Assembly: GCA_051362555.1 (NCBI GenBank)
Contig: CM120643.1
Coordinates: forward strand, 16,434,848 to 16,498,847
DNA length: 64,000 nt
Direction: 5' to 3'
Source: Lingula anatina
Taxonomy: Eukaryota > Animalia > Brachiopoda
Numbering within the stretch: position 1 is the first letter of the stretch; every line of letters begins with the position of its first letter. Shown here in pieces: positions 26,673 to 39,081 of this stretch. A program made the translations under genes and the position numbers. The notes beneath the pieces are model-generated. The model did not search any database. It was not told the DNA's origin and was given only the letters and a program-made list of their open reading frames with translations.

Positions 26673-27544
26673 GATTTTATCAGTTGTCAAATGATGTTTA
26701 GCATTCTAAAATGTGAAAAAAAGTCATATTATTAAATATTGTATTCATTAATTTATTTATTCATCATGGTGTCATGTATTACAAGGAAAAAAAAAACAAG
26801 CCCTTCTTGCTTACAAGGCACTTCATGCAGATAAATGATTTTGTCTTCTGTCATATATTTTAACTAAAATCTATCAAGTTGTCAGATTAAATAGGCAGGT
26901 GAGGGTAGATGCCATACTTTGTTCCCATTTAAATATTTTTGGTCTTACTTTATAAAAAGGCATAACAAGAAAAATGATTTTAAAAAATACCTAGATAAAA
27001 CAATGAAAAATCCCTTCTATTAGACCAGCATTTTGTGGGAACATTGTACTCACACAGAGAACCTGCATGATGTGGGGTGGAAAGAAGTAAGATCCATTTA
27101 ACACTATCACTTCTGACATTCTTGACAAAATCTGCCTCTGTACGTTTTTTTTTAGCCAAATGTAAATGACACATCATCAATTGATTGAGGAAAATTGGCA
27201 AAAGACCCTATTTACTAGCAACAAAAATGATTTCTGTTCAAAATTTAACATGCAAGGGGCAACAGTACCGACTCGACTATTTATCAAATACTAAGATATA
27301 TAGTAAACCATACACAGTAAACCAGCGCTCTGTCTGCAGGGACAGGTCGGCTTCGGATTCAAGATTTTGTATTTATAACAGCCAGATACCAGAGAAATCA
27401 CCATTCTGTTCACCCCAGATCTTGCTAAAGAAATTTTTATTGATATAGCAGTTACTAAAATTCACATAAACAATTGATTTAGGGTTAAATTATACTAAAT
27501 TACGTGAAATAAATCACAAACCTAAACCTTTCTCCTGGCGCCAT

Positions 27545-27627
27545 GATTTCAAAACACAGGAAGCTAAAGTCCGCTTAACCAATGAAAATTGAGAAAACCT
27601 TGCAGTGCGGCCCTGACTCTTGGAAGA
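27545..27627. promoter_or_regulatory. Putative compact bidirectional promoter between CENPL and CTDP1
   Basis: Divergent ATGs at 27544 (-) and 27628 (+). The interval contains an ETS-like CAGGAAG and a CCAAT box (aaccaatga). Confidence 0.55.
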
Positions 27628-28853
27628 ATGGCTTCCGCCACAAAGGAAGTGGTGTTACCATTAGATTCTGAGGCCAAAGTCATCCACTGGAAAGTTAAAG
27701 AGGGCACTAAAATTTCTCATGGAAGTGTTCTATGTATACTTCGACAAGATGGATCGAAAGCCGACCTGAAATTAAAGTCAGAAGAGGTGGGCACCGTATC
27801 AAAGTTGGTCGTCCCTGAAGGGACCAACGTGCAACCGAGGTACTCCTTGCAAGAAGCACATGATTTACTTTTCTTACATTATGATAATCGTGAAATAATA
27901 ATAGTAATAAATTAACTTACATTATATCTATTGAAGGATGATGTTGCTGTTTAAATTTATTGAAAAATAATATTGATTCACCAAGCATTAAGTAACGGCT
28001 CTTCAACTAAGGCAACCCCCCCTCCCCACGTCTCAGTTATGTGTTAGTGTTACTAATGAAGTTGCAAATAAAGAGAAAAGTGGGGAGTATAAATGCAATT
28101 TTCCAGGCTTTTTAAAACGTTTTGTTTCTCTTTTTTCACTTTCTTATAGCTGAATATTTTAATTATTCTTTTACATTAATTCCGTTTTTGATCTTGCTTT
28201 TTTACAGATCACCCCTGTTAGAGATGATGACAGGCTGTACCCACTCCGTGGTGATGAAGGACATGTGTGCTGAGTGTGGAGCAGATCTCAGAGAGTAAGC
28301 ACAACATAATTATTGCATGCAAACACATACAATGCTGTCAAGGGAATGATAACTGTATGTACTGCCATAAATTACAATCATCAAACTCCTTGGCATTAAG
28401 TTTGCAATCACATCATAGTTGCCTACATTTAATTTGACATCTAACAGATCGTTTTCAATAAAATCTAAACTGTCGAAATTTTGACATTAATTTTATCTTA
28501 ACTAAGTCATTTCTTTTCACTTCACTTTCAGCACTTAAAGGCTGGTGTGACTGTGAATTGTTAACAACACTGTTATCATAATTTCTCAATGCTTATATTG
28601 TTCTCTTTTTTAATTTTAGATTTCCTGGTGTTCCAGGAGAGAGAAAAGTGCAAGCACTTGCATCTGTAGCCATGGTTCACAGCATCCCTGAGCTGGTGGT
28701 TAGCCAAGAGGTGGGAACTGCTTTATTGACCAGGAATGGCTTTGACTATCTGTCTTTTTGGATAATCCCCTCTTTTATGTTTTATATAATGTTTATTATA
28801 ATTTATTTTATTTTATTTTATTTTTATTTGTTTATTATTTTTACTTGTTCTTT

Positions 28854-28888
<35 letters not shown>

Positions 28889-31829
28889 TTATTTTGAAAA
28901 GTGACATGGAAAGATATTAGATTTTGTGAAATGTATTAAAACAGGAATTTCATGGATGGAAAGTTATCCCTGTTTTTCATTCTACACTGTTCCCAACCTT
29001 GCAGTCCTTAAAATACTGTTTGTTTTTGAACTTGATTTATTTTGATTAATTCATTTATTAACTTTTTCTCATCATAATGATTTAGTGAAGCCTTAAATTT
29101 TGTAAGTAAATAATTACTGTAGGGCTTTTAATTCTGTACACAGGAAGCAATGGAATTGGGCAAGGAGGATGAAGGGATGCTTCTTAAAAGTAAGAAGCTG
29201 GTCTTGCTGGTAGATCTAGATCAGACACTGATTCATACAACAAATGAAGAAATTCCAGCCAATTTAAAGGTAAGAGTTAAAGGTGTATTGGTATGAGATC
29301 AAACTGTCATTTGTTGGAATTTTTTTTTTCATACAAATGAGTTTTCAGTGTCATCCATTTTATAAGGGTGGAGTTAAGAATTTTTTTGCCTGTTTCAGAT
29401 TTGATATGTGATAGCCTGTTCAAATTAATTTAATGATTTGATTATCTTGAGTGTTTTTAGAAATATGCTATGGATAGAATTTATGTTTTGACAATATTTT
29501 TTTCAGTAATCTTCAATATTCTCCATATGTTTATTAACACTGTTCTCATCTATCCAGGGTGTGTACCACTTCCAGTTGCGCCATGGAGGGGTCCAGCTCT
29601 GGTATCACACCAAATTCCGCCCAAGAACCCAGGAATTCCTGGAGAGCATCTCGAAGCTGTATGAGCTCCACATCTGTACCTTTGGTGCCCGGATGTATGC
29701 CCACACCATTGCAGGGCTCTTGGACCCTGAGGGAAAGTTTTTCTCCCACAGGATTCTGTCTCGAGATGAGTGTTTCAACCCCACAACTAAGACTGCTAAC
29801 ATGAAGTGAGTGAACATCCCACCGTTAATTTGATAAAAATTAATTTGATAAAAAATAGTAGTCTTTGCATGAGACACATGTATATGTATAATCAAACTTA
29901 AAGCCTGTACTAAGGCAGTTCCAGGAATTTCCTATTGGCTTGACAAAATGAGATAATAACTGTTCTTCCGTAATTGTACTTCTAAACCAAGTTTGCTGTG
30001 GCTACTTTAAATTTTTACACAATTAGATTTTAATTTAAAAATCTTGATTTTTCCCCCTTAGGTCATTATTTCCGTGCGGTGACAGCATGGTTTGTATCAT
30101 AGATGACAGAGAAGATGTGTGGTGTTATGCCCCAAACCTGATCCACGTCAAACCATACCGCTTCTTCAAGGGTACAGGAGATATCAACGCTCCCCCAGGG
30201 TCACAGTCAGACAGGGAGGCTGCGTCAGCTGCCAAGGAAAAGGACAAGGTCAAGGACACAGAAGATGACACAGAGGTCAAACCTTCCCAGGAATCACGGG
30301 ACCCTCGCTTGAGATCAAGGAAAAATTCTGATGATTCCTCTGCAATGGAAGTATCTGATAATTTGAAAAATGACACTGATAATAAAGTAGAACGTTCAAA
30401 TAGAAAGGATTCAGAACAATCAGAGGAGGTGCAAGCAGAGGGGGAATCGAGAGGAAAAAGTCACATTGGAGAGATGAAGGCATCTGAGTCAATACAAACA
30501 CCAGAAACAATGACTGATGAAAGTGCCGATAAGTCTTCTGATACAAAAGAAGAGGAGGTAGTGTGGGAAGACGAAGATGACAACAGTGATGTAAAATATT
30601 TAAACTCTTTGGAAAACATACTGACACGAATACACACAAAGTTTTATGAGGCTATGGAAAATGCAAAGAATACCACCCAAAAAGAGCCCCCCAATTTAAA
30701 AGACATAATTCCATTGGAAAAAAGAACAGTCTTGCAAGGAGTGAATCTGGTATTTAGTGGTGTCTTTCCTACGAACATTCCACTAGAAAAAAGTAGGGCG
30801 TACATTGTTGCAAGGTCTTTGGGGGCCACCGTACACACAAAGATAGTCAAAGAAACTGGGCCAGATGATAATAATGGGACCACCCACGTTGTTGCCGCTA
30901 GATTAGGGACCAGTAAGGTCAACGAGGCCAAGAGGTTATCCAGGGTACAGGTCGTCAATCCCGATTGGTTGTGGGCGGCTAATGAAACCTGGGAAAAACC
31001 AGACGAGAGCTTGTATCCGCTCAATGAGGAGACGTCGGAGAAGTACTCCACACCTTCAAACCCTGACATTGCTCCTTCTCAGAAAGTACGACAGCACGCC
31101 AATGCAGAGAAAGGATGGAAACGCAAGAGCGAAGATGACGACAGCTTGGGGGCTCGGTCAGAGTCTGGAGCAGCAAATTCCAAGCCCCCAAAACGCCAGA
31201 AATCTGACTCTAGAAATGAAGGAGCCGGTATTGACGCCAATGACGTCGACGACGATAATGATGATGAAACTGTGCTGCTGGACGCGGATGAAGATATGGA
31301 GCCACTGAAACCGGCCAGAAGAGGACGCCAGTTTTCAGACGATATAAACCCTCTCATGACATTCTCCAAGGAGGACTGGGATAACATGGGCAAGGAGGTA
31401 GACGAGGAGGCCTTCGAGGACTCCGACCTTGAGAGCAGCGATGATGACGACGAAACTAGGGAACAAAAGCTACGTCAAAGAGTCCTCAGCAATGAAGAGA
31501 GTGGGGAGGAAACGGAGGATAGTCTAAGTGGAGATATCCCCGCTGGATGGAAAAACAAAGTGAAAAAAATGAAATCTAGAAAAACTGCAAGTCATGTCGG
31601 CCATAACAGGGGTGGTGACAATGAGAATGATTCTGACGACGATGGGTACAAAGATGAAGATGACGAGAGAAATGATACTGAGGATACTATAAGTAGACTG
31701 CAGAAATCGTTCGGGTGTCGGGAAAGCGAGGATGAATTTGAAGATGACGAGGATGACAAAGATTTTGATTCTATAGGTTCAGTAGATGAAGAAATGGCTG
31801 CTGCAATTGAAAAAGAATTCATGGTGTAA
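27628..31829 (+). CDS. CTDP1: RNA polymerase II CTD phosphatase FCP1, ~843 aa
   Basis: Exons 27628-27839, 28208-28294, 28620-28710, 29144-29269, 29558-29805, 30062-31829 total 2532 nt in frame. Motifs: CTHSVVMKDMCAECGADL, catalytic LVLLVDLDQTLIHT, FSHRILSRDEC, SLFPCGDSMVCIIDDREDVW, BRCT (LVFSGVFP...THVVAARLGTSKV...VNPDWLW), acidic C-terminus ending DEEMAAAIEKEF. Confidence 0.96.
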
Positions 31830-32160
31830 ATTTTCTATGGCATAATGAGAGTATCATGACTTGATCAAATCTTGTTCCAACTTTTTTTTTTCGGATATTT
31901 GCCATTTATATATTCTAGAATGTTGATGTGATGTAAATAGTCTGATTATTGAGGTGGTGCAGAATCTCCATATTGTATAAAATTTATTGTATATAATTTT
32001 ATATAATTTTAGAGACTATCACATTGGTTCATATTAGAGAATTTGGTATGGTCCCTCTGTATCTGCCCGTCTCTCTTAATAATTGGATACGTAAGTGCAT
32101 GTTTTTGTACGTGATTGGCAAATATGTTGCTCTTCGCAAGTTGTACATAAAATAGTTTTG

Positions 32161-32166
32161 AATAAA
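32161..32166 (+). terminator. Candidate polyadenylation signal of CTDP1
   Basis: AATAAA about 330 nt downstream of the stop codon. Confidence 0.45.
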
Positions 32167-34132
32167 ATCCAATTTTGATAAAATTAGTTAGTTTTCATGA
32201 CTTGAGAGTATAAGAGAGTTCTAACGCACGCACAAAAAGCCCCAACATCTATATTTTAGTTGACTGTGTTGGTTCCGAAACATTAAATTTTGAATTCGTA
32301 GACCATGAATGCGTCGTTTTTGTAGATATGTTAAATTGGTGGGCCGAACGTAAGCACTATTATTATTTCAATAGAATAAATGAAGGGAAAAAATGAAAAA
32401 TAAATCGATGAATAAATTATTGAATGAAACATAAAAAGAAAAGAAAATTTAAGTATAAATTGACCTAAAAATGATTTTGTAGCAGGCTCCGGGAGCTCCG
32501 TATCAAGGGGCAAACCCATTTTTAGCATGATCTTGTCGTTACCACGTTGTTATGTGAAATAGATGGACGAAAACGACAGCGTTTATGCATCATTTTTAAC
32601 CAGAAATCGGTAGCTGGAGAACCACAGCCTACTGCAAATTGCTTGTAATCACAACCATGACTTTGCAACGTCGGCGCGTAAGGCGTCGCTTGTGAACAAA
32701 ACGAGACTTTAAATAATGAGTTGACACGAGGCGTTTTTTAGTGTAGTAACCGCAGAAAAAACTCGGTTATCGGTGAAAGATAATTGTCAACGTTAGCCTT
32801 TTTATCTCTACCTTCGAATGGTCATCATCTGATTATAGTTTATTACGAACAAGACCTTTTGGGGTTAGGTTTATCTCTGCAATGAACGGAGACCTGGGGC
32901 AGATTAGAACCGCTTCGTTGAATGTGCAGATAAGTTGTTATAGAAAATGTTTTCAAACAAATTCGTTTCTTTAAAATTCAAATTAAGCATCTTATTCTTT
33001 TTAATTATAATTTACTTTCAACCTCTCACTATTTCAAAAAAAGGGGAAAACTTTTTGTAAACATTAGTATTCGAAAAGACATACAAGAGCAAGTCAGCTC
33101 TAGTTTTTGGCCTAAAGGTAAACATGAACTGAATACATGTAATAAAACTCGGAAGAAATGGGAAAATAAGGAATGCAAATGCTCGTGCGTAGAAAAGGAA
33201 AATTCGCTTAAAAACGAATATTTAAGCCAGTTGCACTTGTCGGTATTAACTAAAGCTACCTCAATCTTCGCTGTCAAGTGACGGCCATAGTATATGTTTG
33301 AAAAGTGTATATTTTATTTCCTTGTCCTTATGGGATCCGAAATAGAAGAAAATATGTAATTGTTTCTCCTAAGCTATGATAACCCGGCGATTAGAGCGCG
33401 ATAACGACAGGTCTTGGCTGTGAAATTATCTCGCAACTGCCACTTTTTTGGAGATAACCATAACTTTGTCTCTGTTTAAGTGTGAATTAAGGGGCGCAAA
33501 ATATTCGGCTTGATTGCTGGCTACGGCTAGTATCGCCCGGGGTTTTCACGTGTGAAATCTATTCTAAACTGTTATTTTCTGGTCGATAACGTCGGTACCC
33601 GGGCCCGCACAAGTTTTTCACCTGACATTACATTTCTTACATTTCTGAACATTCTTTGTTAGTATGTAATAATTGTATGTACTTGCGCTCCAAAGTTGTC
33701 AATTATTTTAACATTAGAAAACGGGTAATAAGGCGGTATTTGCCTCAAAGATCATGCGGGATCTAAGGTAGCAATTTTGTAACAATTAGGAATGTGTGTT
33801 GGATGCAAGAAACAAGATAACAACCCTAGATATGTATAGCTATTTTTTCATACTTTTGAAAAAATGCATTTTTTACGTCGTTCATAGGCATCTCATGTTT
33901 TATTAGCACGCGAATTTTTTCCTTGTATCAAATTTTCTTTTAAAAAATCAGTTTTACACTAGAATATCACCTACAAAATATCGTACATTTTACTGGCAAT
34001 CTAATTTTTGTTGTCTTTTTAAAATCCATAATGTACTAGTATACTTATCAAGTCTTTTATTAAAATAGTTTATTTCCACTGGCAGATACAGCATACTGGT
34101 GAAGTGAGTTTTTAATGCCATTTTTTTTTTTT

Positions 34133-34169
<37 letters not shown>

Positions 34170-34529
34170 ATTACCATTTTTCCATTCCCTCTCCCTTGTT
34201 TACGGGGCGATAACCTATTCTGAAAATGGTAAATTACATTTTACTACTCCAACCATTTTGTTGCTTTTACATACCTATACCAAAGTTACTTTGTTTTCCT
34301 AATTATGCAAGTTAAAGTAAAGAACTGTCAACTTAGCTCATTGAACATACTCCCGCCACAACTTCTTTTGACCACGTTGATATCTGGAACTAAGCACCAT
34401 ACAATATGGACTGTTAATGATATAAGCATGTTAACCATATGAGTTTTTAGCAATGATAGTCAAAAGAAAGCCTACCTTTTTCAAGGAAGACTCCTACTTA
34501 AACCTTACATTTATATACTCGATTATAAT

Positions 34530-34678
34530 CAGGGCCGTAGCCTGAGCAAAATGTCAGGGGGGGCAGTAAGCGGACACGAGGGGGCGAAGCTACCGAGGGG
34601 GTGGGTATGGTGTGTAAAATTCCAAATTCCAGGGGGGGGGCAGCTGCCCCCCCTGCCCCCCCGGAGGCTACGGCCCTG
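34530..34678. mobile_element. MITE (non-autonomous DNA transposon), 149 bp
   Basis: Perfect 13-bp terminal inverted repeats CAGGGCCGTAGCC / GGCTACGGCCCTG, a G/C-run interior, and ATAAT directly repeated on both flanks. Confidence 0.85.
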
Positions 34679-35372
34679 ATAATCTGGTTTATTATGTAGG
34701 GTGTTCTCAAGTTAACGTGCAGAATGGTACGCATATATAACCATTTCGCTTCTACACACTTTCTATCCTTGTCAACTAAAAAAACACTTATTAAATAACT
34801 GACACCAATCAAAATGTTCTTTCCTGTTTTGATAGTCGCCGTAACATGGGTAAATTAGGCATCATGTCAATTGTACAATTAATCTCGCTTCTCGAGTACT
34901 CATAGTGTCATCATAATGAACATTACCGGGGTATTTACGAGGTCAGCCAACTTTAACGTAGCTAAGACAATGTCAACTTAAGGCTTCTATCATTGAATTA
35001 ATTGTAACTGAGGTTGTTAAACATGCTTTGGAATATTTCAAATAGACAGTTGCTCAATAATGAGTTTACCCAAAGGTTAGCCCTTACTTGACATGCGTTT
35101 CAGGGATATGAACGTCGAGGAATGACAAGTAAATCCTATATTTCCCAGGTCAATTCATAGGTCAATTACATTATATATCATAAATGCATATGACATTTTT
35201 ATTGCGAATTATGTATGATTAGAAGAACCATTACCATGCAATATTTCCTGATGGCGCTTCTCACCAGTTATGTGATAAAGATGGCTATCGAGAACAAACA
35301 ACGGTGACACACTGATGTGGACACGCACGTGTGTGTGCATGTAATGATGAGCGCTGAATATGACATGATTTT

Positions 35373-35745
35373 ATCATTTCCAAGTTTTGCTTTCTATTCG
35401 TATCTCCGCTTGTTACTGTGAGTGTCATTTAAATTTTACAGTGTTTTTGTAATAATATGGTCATTTTTGACAGGGAGGAATGCCATTAGATTCGATACTC
35501 TAGGAACAGGTCTGTGTTACAAAAAATAAAAATGAAAAAGATTGGAAAATTCGGACTGCCCGGCAGTCCTTTAGGACAAATAAATAAATGAATGAACAGA
35601 AAACTAAATGAAATGATAATTAAATAAATTGAATGTCCAATTCACAGAAGATATTTACGTCAGGACAACATTAATAAATGAAACTTGCCATAGTAAATAA
35701 GACAGAAATGGACATATGGAATATGCCACTGTTGTTATTCTCCTA

Positions 35746-35784
<39 letters not shown>

Positions 35785-37185
35785 CTCCTGCTTATATAAC
35801 TTGTCCGCGATCATCGGATAACTAATGTTCGTTGGTGTCGAAATCACACATTTTATATTTTAGTAGAAAATACCAGAATTGCTGAAAAAGACGCGTAAAA
35901 TTAAACTAGTCATTACAAGTCACTAGTTGCAATTGTAGACAAAAGGAACAGGCATTTTAAATCATGTATTGTGTACAAAAAATGGTTTCAAATTCCGACG
36001 ACAGCACCAACATTTCAAGAAACATTCGCTTAAGACAAACTCGCGGGAAATGACATAACAGGCAAAATAACTAAACGTCAATGTTTTCTTCCGACCAAAG
36101 AAATGCTGACAGGGGCAGGAAATAAATTTAAAGAGGAATAGACAATAATTTTAGGACGGGTCCACTCACATTTATTTTGTTTGATTGTTTTTGTAGTTCT
36201 GTTGTTTTTAGGTGTCCAAATAAGAGGAAAGCTTTTTTTTCATCTAGTGGTACATTTCAAATCGAAATCAAATTCACTGACACAATTCCCGTGTAGACAA
36301 GTCTGATAAATCTTGTTATATATGTCGTATGTACGTGACTATAGGAATGATGAAGTTATAGATATCTTGGAGAAAACGCTTTGACAGTTCCTGATTGCAT
36401 CCAAACACACCACGGTGGTCTGAGATGCCCTCACTAAACACACAAAGAACTTTGATGGTGTTTATGTGGTCAGGATAGTTCTTTATATTGTTGTTTTGGC
36501 GTCAGAGTGAAAAAACAAACTTACCCAATTTATCATAACGAGAAAAAATAGCATCACTTTGATTTGATTTGGTCTCAATAAAATGAATTTGTGGTGTATA
36601 CATAGACCTTAAATATACTTTCCAAATAAACTGGATACGATTTGAGGATATGGTCTTCGTGTACATCTTCGGGCTCATTCCCAATAAAATTATCGTTCTC
36701 CTAATGAGATGCATAGCTATGTAGCTCATTGGTTCTATGTAGATCGGCCCAACCCTCGCTGAAGGCAATCAGGTTAACTGGTTCACACTCCTCTTTTTTT
36801 CAACGTGATCGTATGACACCAGTTTCTCCGTATTCTGAACAACGCTAGGAGTGGATGTGTTAATATATAAATTTGATTGCATTCATTGGGAATGGGCCCT
36901 TCCCCGCTAGGTCATTCAATTTAATTAATTATCTTTGCATTTAGTTTTCTGTTTATTCATTTATTTAGTTATTTATTTATCCTTAAAGGACTGCCGGGTA
37001 GTCTGAATTTTCCAAACTTTTTTTTTTTTTTTTTTGTAACATGGACCTGTCCCTAGCGTAATGAATCTGATGTCGTTCATTTTTTGTCAAAATGACCATA
37101 TTATTACAAAAAACACTGTAAAATTTAAATGACGGTCAGAGTAACAAGCGGAGATACGAGTAGAAAACAAAACGTGGAGATGATT
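35373..37185. repeat. Long imperfect inverted repeat: arms ~35373-35637 and ~36912-37185
   Basis: tcgtatctccgcttgttact, gtcatttaaattttacagtgtttttgtaataatatggtcattttt and cggcagtccttta are present as reverse complements in the second arm. Confidence 0.85.
35747..35783. repeat. (ATT)n microsatellite
   Basis: Perfect trinucleotide run. Confidence 0.9.
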
Positions 37186-38867
37186 AGGTCAACGTACGGT
37201 CAACAAGGGTCGTGCAGATTACCTTTACTGCCACAAATAAATAGATGACAAGATAATGATGAAATGAGCGGGTCGAAAATACCGTATATATTTTACATCA
37301 TTAAATGCATTAAATTCATTACAATACATTTTCAAATTGATTTTGTGTGCTACAATCGACTACTTTTATAATGAAACAATATCATAAGAAACATTTCATT
37401 TTGTAATTTCTTTACTAAAACTTGCGTTTCTATTTTGTTTCCTTAAAGTCCGCAAAGGGCTTTATACTGATAACTAAGGGTATCTAAGTATAATGGGAAA
37501 ACTCATTTTGAGTTTCACTGACCCGAAATTTTGAGACGGGTCTTCATTTACCTGTGAAACGTTAGCAGGACTCGGTTTCAAAAATAACTTAACTCTGAAA
37601 CCTGGTCTTATCTTTTTAAAAGACCAGAATTATTGCCTTCTTTACTTCAATAAAAAAGAAAGAATTCAACTCAAGAGAAAGTGATTACTCTAAAACTTAA
37701 AACGTATTTCTAATTATAAAACAGATAATTGGGCTACTGTCGGTTTATCAAAGCTGGCTAAAATATACGGTCTGTAACTTTAGTCCAATATTTAGTATGG
37801 GTTTTCTTGTAAAACAGGCTCCAGACAGAAGTGACCTGTGGGCCGTCTGTGCTACCTTACTTGGCAAATGGCGTTGGGTACACTGTCAGATTCTATAAAT
37901 TGTTTGATCTGTAGATGGTTTCTATGAAAGAGTTTGATCTATAAGGATGGTTCTTTTCAGTAGGGCGTAACTACATTAAGCTTTTCTTTGCATATTCTAA
38001 CTGTGAATTTGTCACTTTATCGATACAATATCGAAAACTTGAAACTTGCATGAAAAATCCGTTCACGCCTTAAACACCTTACCTACATTTTTCCCAATAT
38101 TCCTCTCTAAATTACAATAGTTAAAAATAAGTCACAATCTTTGTCAAAATATTACACCACAAATATGTAACTGCATTTCACTTTGATTTAAAAGCAACTA
38201 ACGGTGCGTTAATGGCAACAGAGGTAGACATTCACCAGAGGAAAGAAACGTGAACTCACACCTGCGGCTGACACTAAAATCACCGGTTGTTGCGTCACGG
38301 ATTCAAGACGGATTATTCTTAAATTGCACAATTGACCAAGTGTCAGACGTTAGTGGTGTCTTTACCACAAAGTCACAATGTCAAATTTATATATAAAACA
38401 GCTTTTAAGTATTAATTTCGGTCATTCGTGATAAAAATCGCTGTGTAACATATGTAAAAGCACTTTTGGGTGGTCTAATTGAAATCATTAAAATCATAAA
38501 TTACCATGTGGTAATTGCTGCCCCCCATTTGGAAATTAATTAATTTTAAGATTACCCCCGCTTAATTATGACGTTAACCGCGATGTGACCATATTTCTCC
38601 GAATAGCTTATACCATTGGAACAGAATAATTAATGAAACCCAAGATGATATCGCTTGGTGACATATGTAAAGCCCGTTTAATGGCCAACTTTGAGTGGAC
38701 TATCCGGAACCATGATAATTGTATAGTGGCACTTTGAACCTGTGAAACCCACCTTTCACCTTGTTTCTTAATTAATGGCTCCTTTATTGCAATATTGTAC
38801 AAATTACTTCAAAGTGTTATGAAGGTAAGGTCAGGTCAAGACAGAGATAATGAAAATACGGATGTTA

Positions 38868-39081
38868 AGCCTAGATTACATTTAAAATGCGATACCCGTA
38901 CGGTGTACGTATACTGCCCGTCATACCCTTTTCGTAAGGCATCTGAGCAGAGGTAGACGGTGGCCGTGCGAAATCGTTCGGAATAGTATGGATATAAGAC
39001 CATTTAATGTAGACATACTCGGCGTAGCCCGTAGCTCGGACAATTTCATCGCACGGCGCCCGTGTAAATGTAATCCAGGCT
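38868..39081. mobile_element. Putative MITE with 17-bp TIRs
   Basis: Left end AGCCTAGATTACATTTA versus right end TAAATGTAATCCAGGCT (1 mismatch); CpG-rich interior; no intact target-site duplication. Confidence 0.55.

Noticed and set aside
30125-31822. Antisense ORFs over the CTDP1 last exon
   Set aside because: Ser-rich mirrors of the acidic sense frame.
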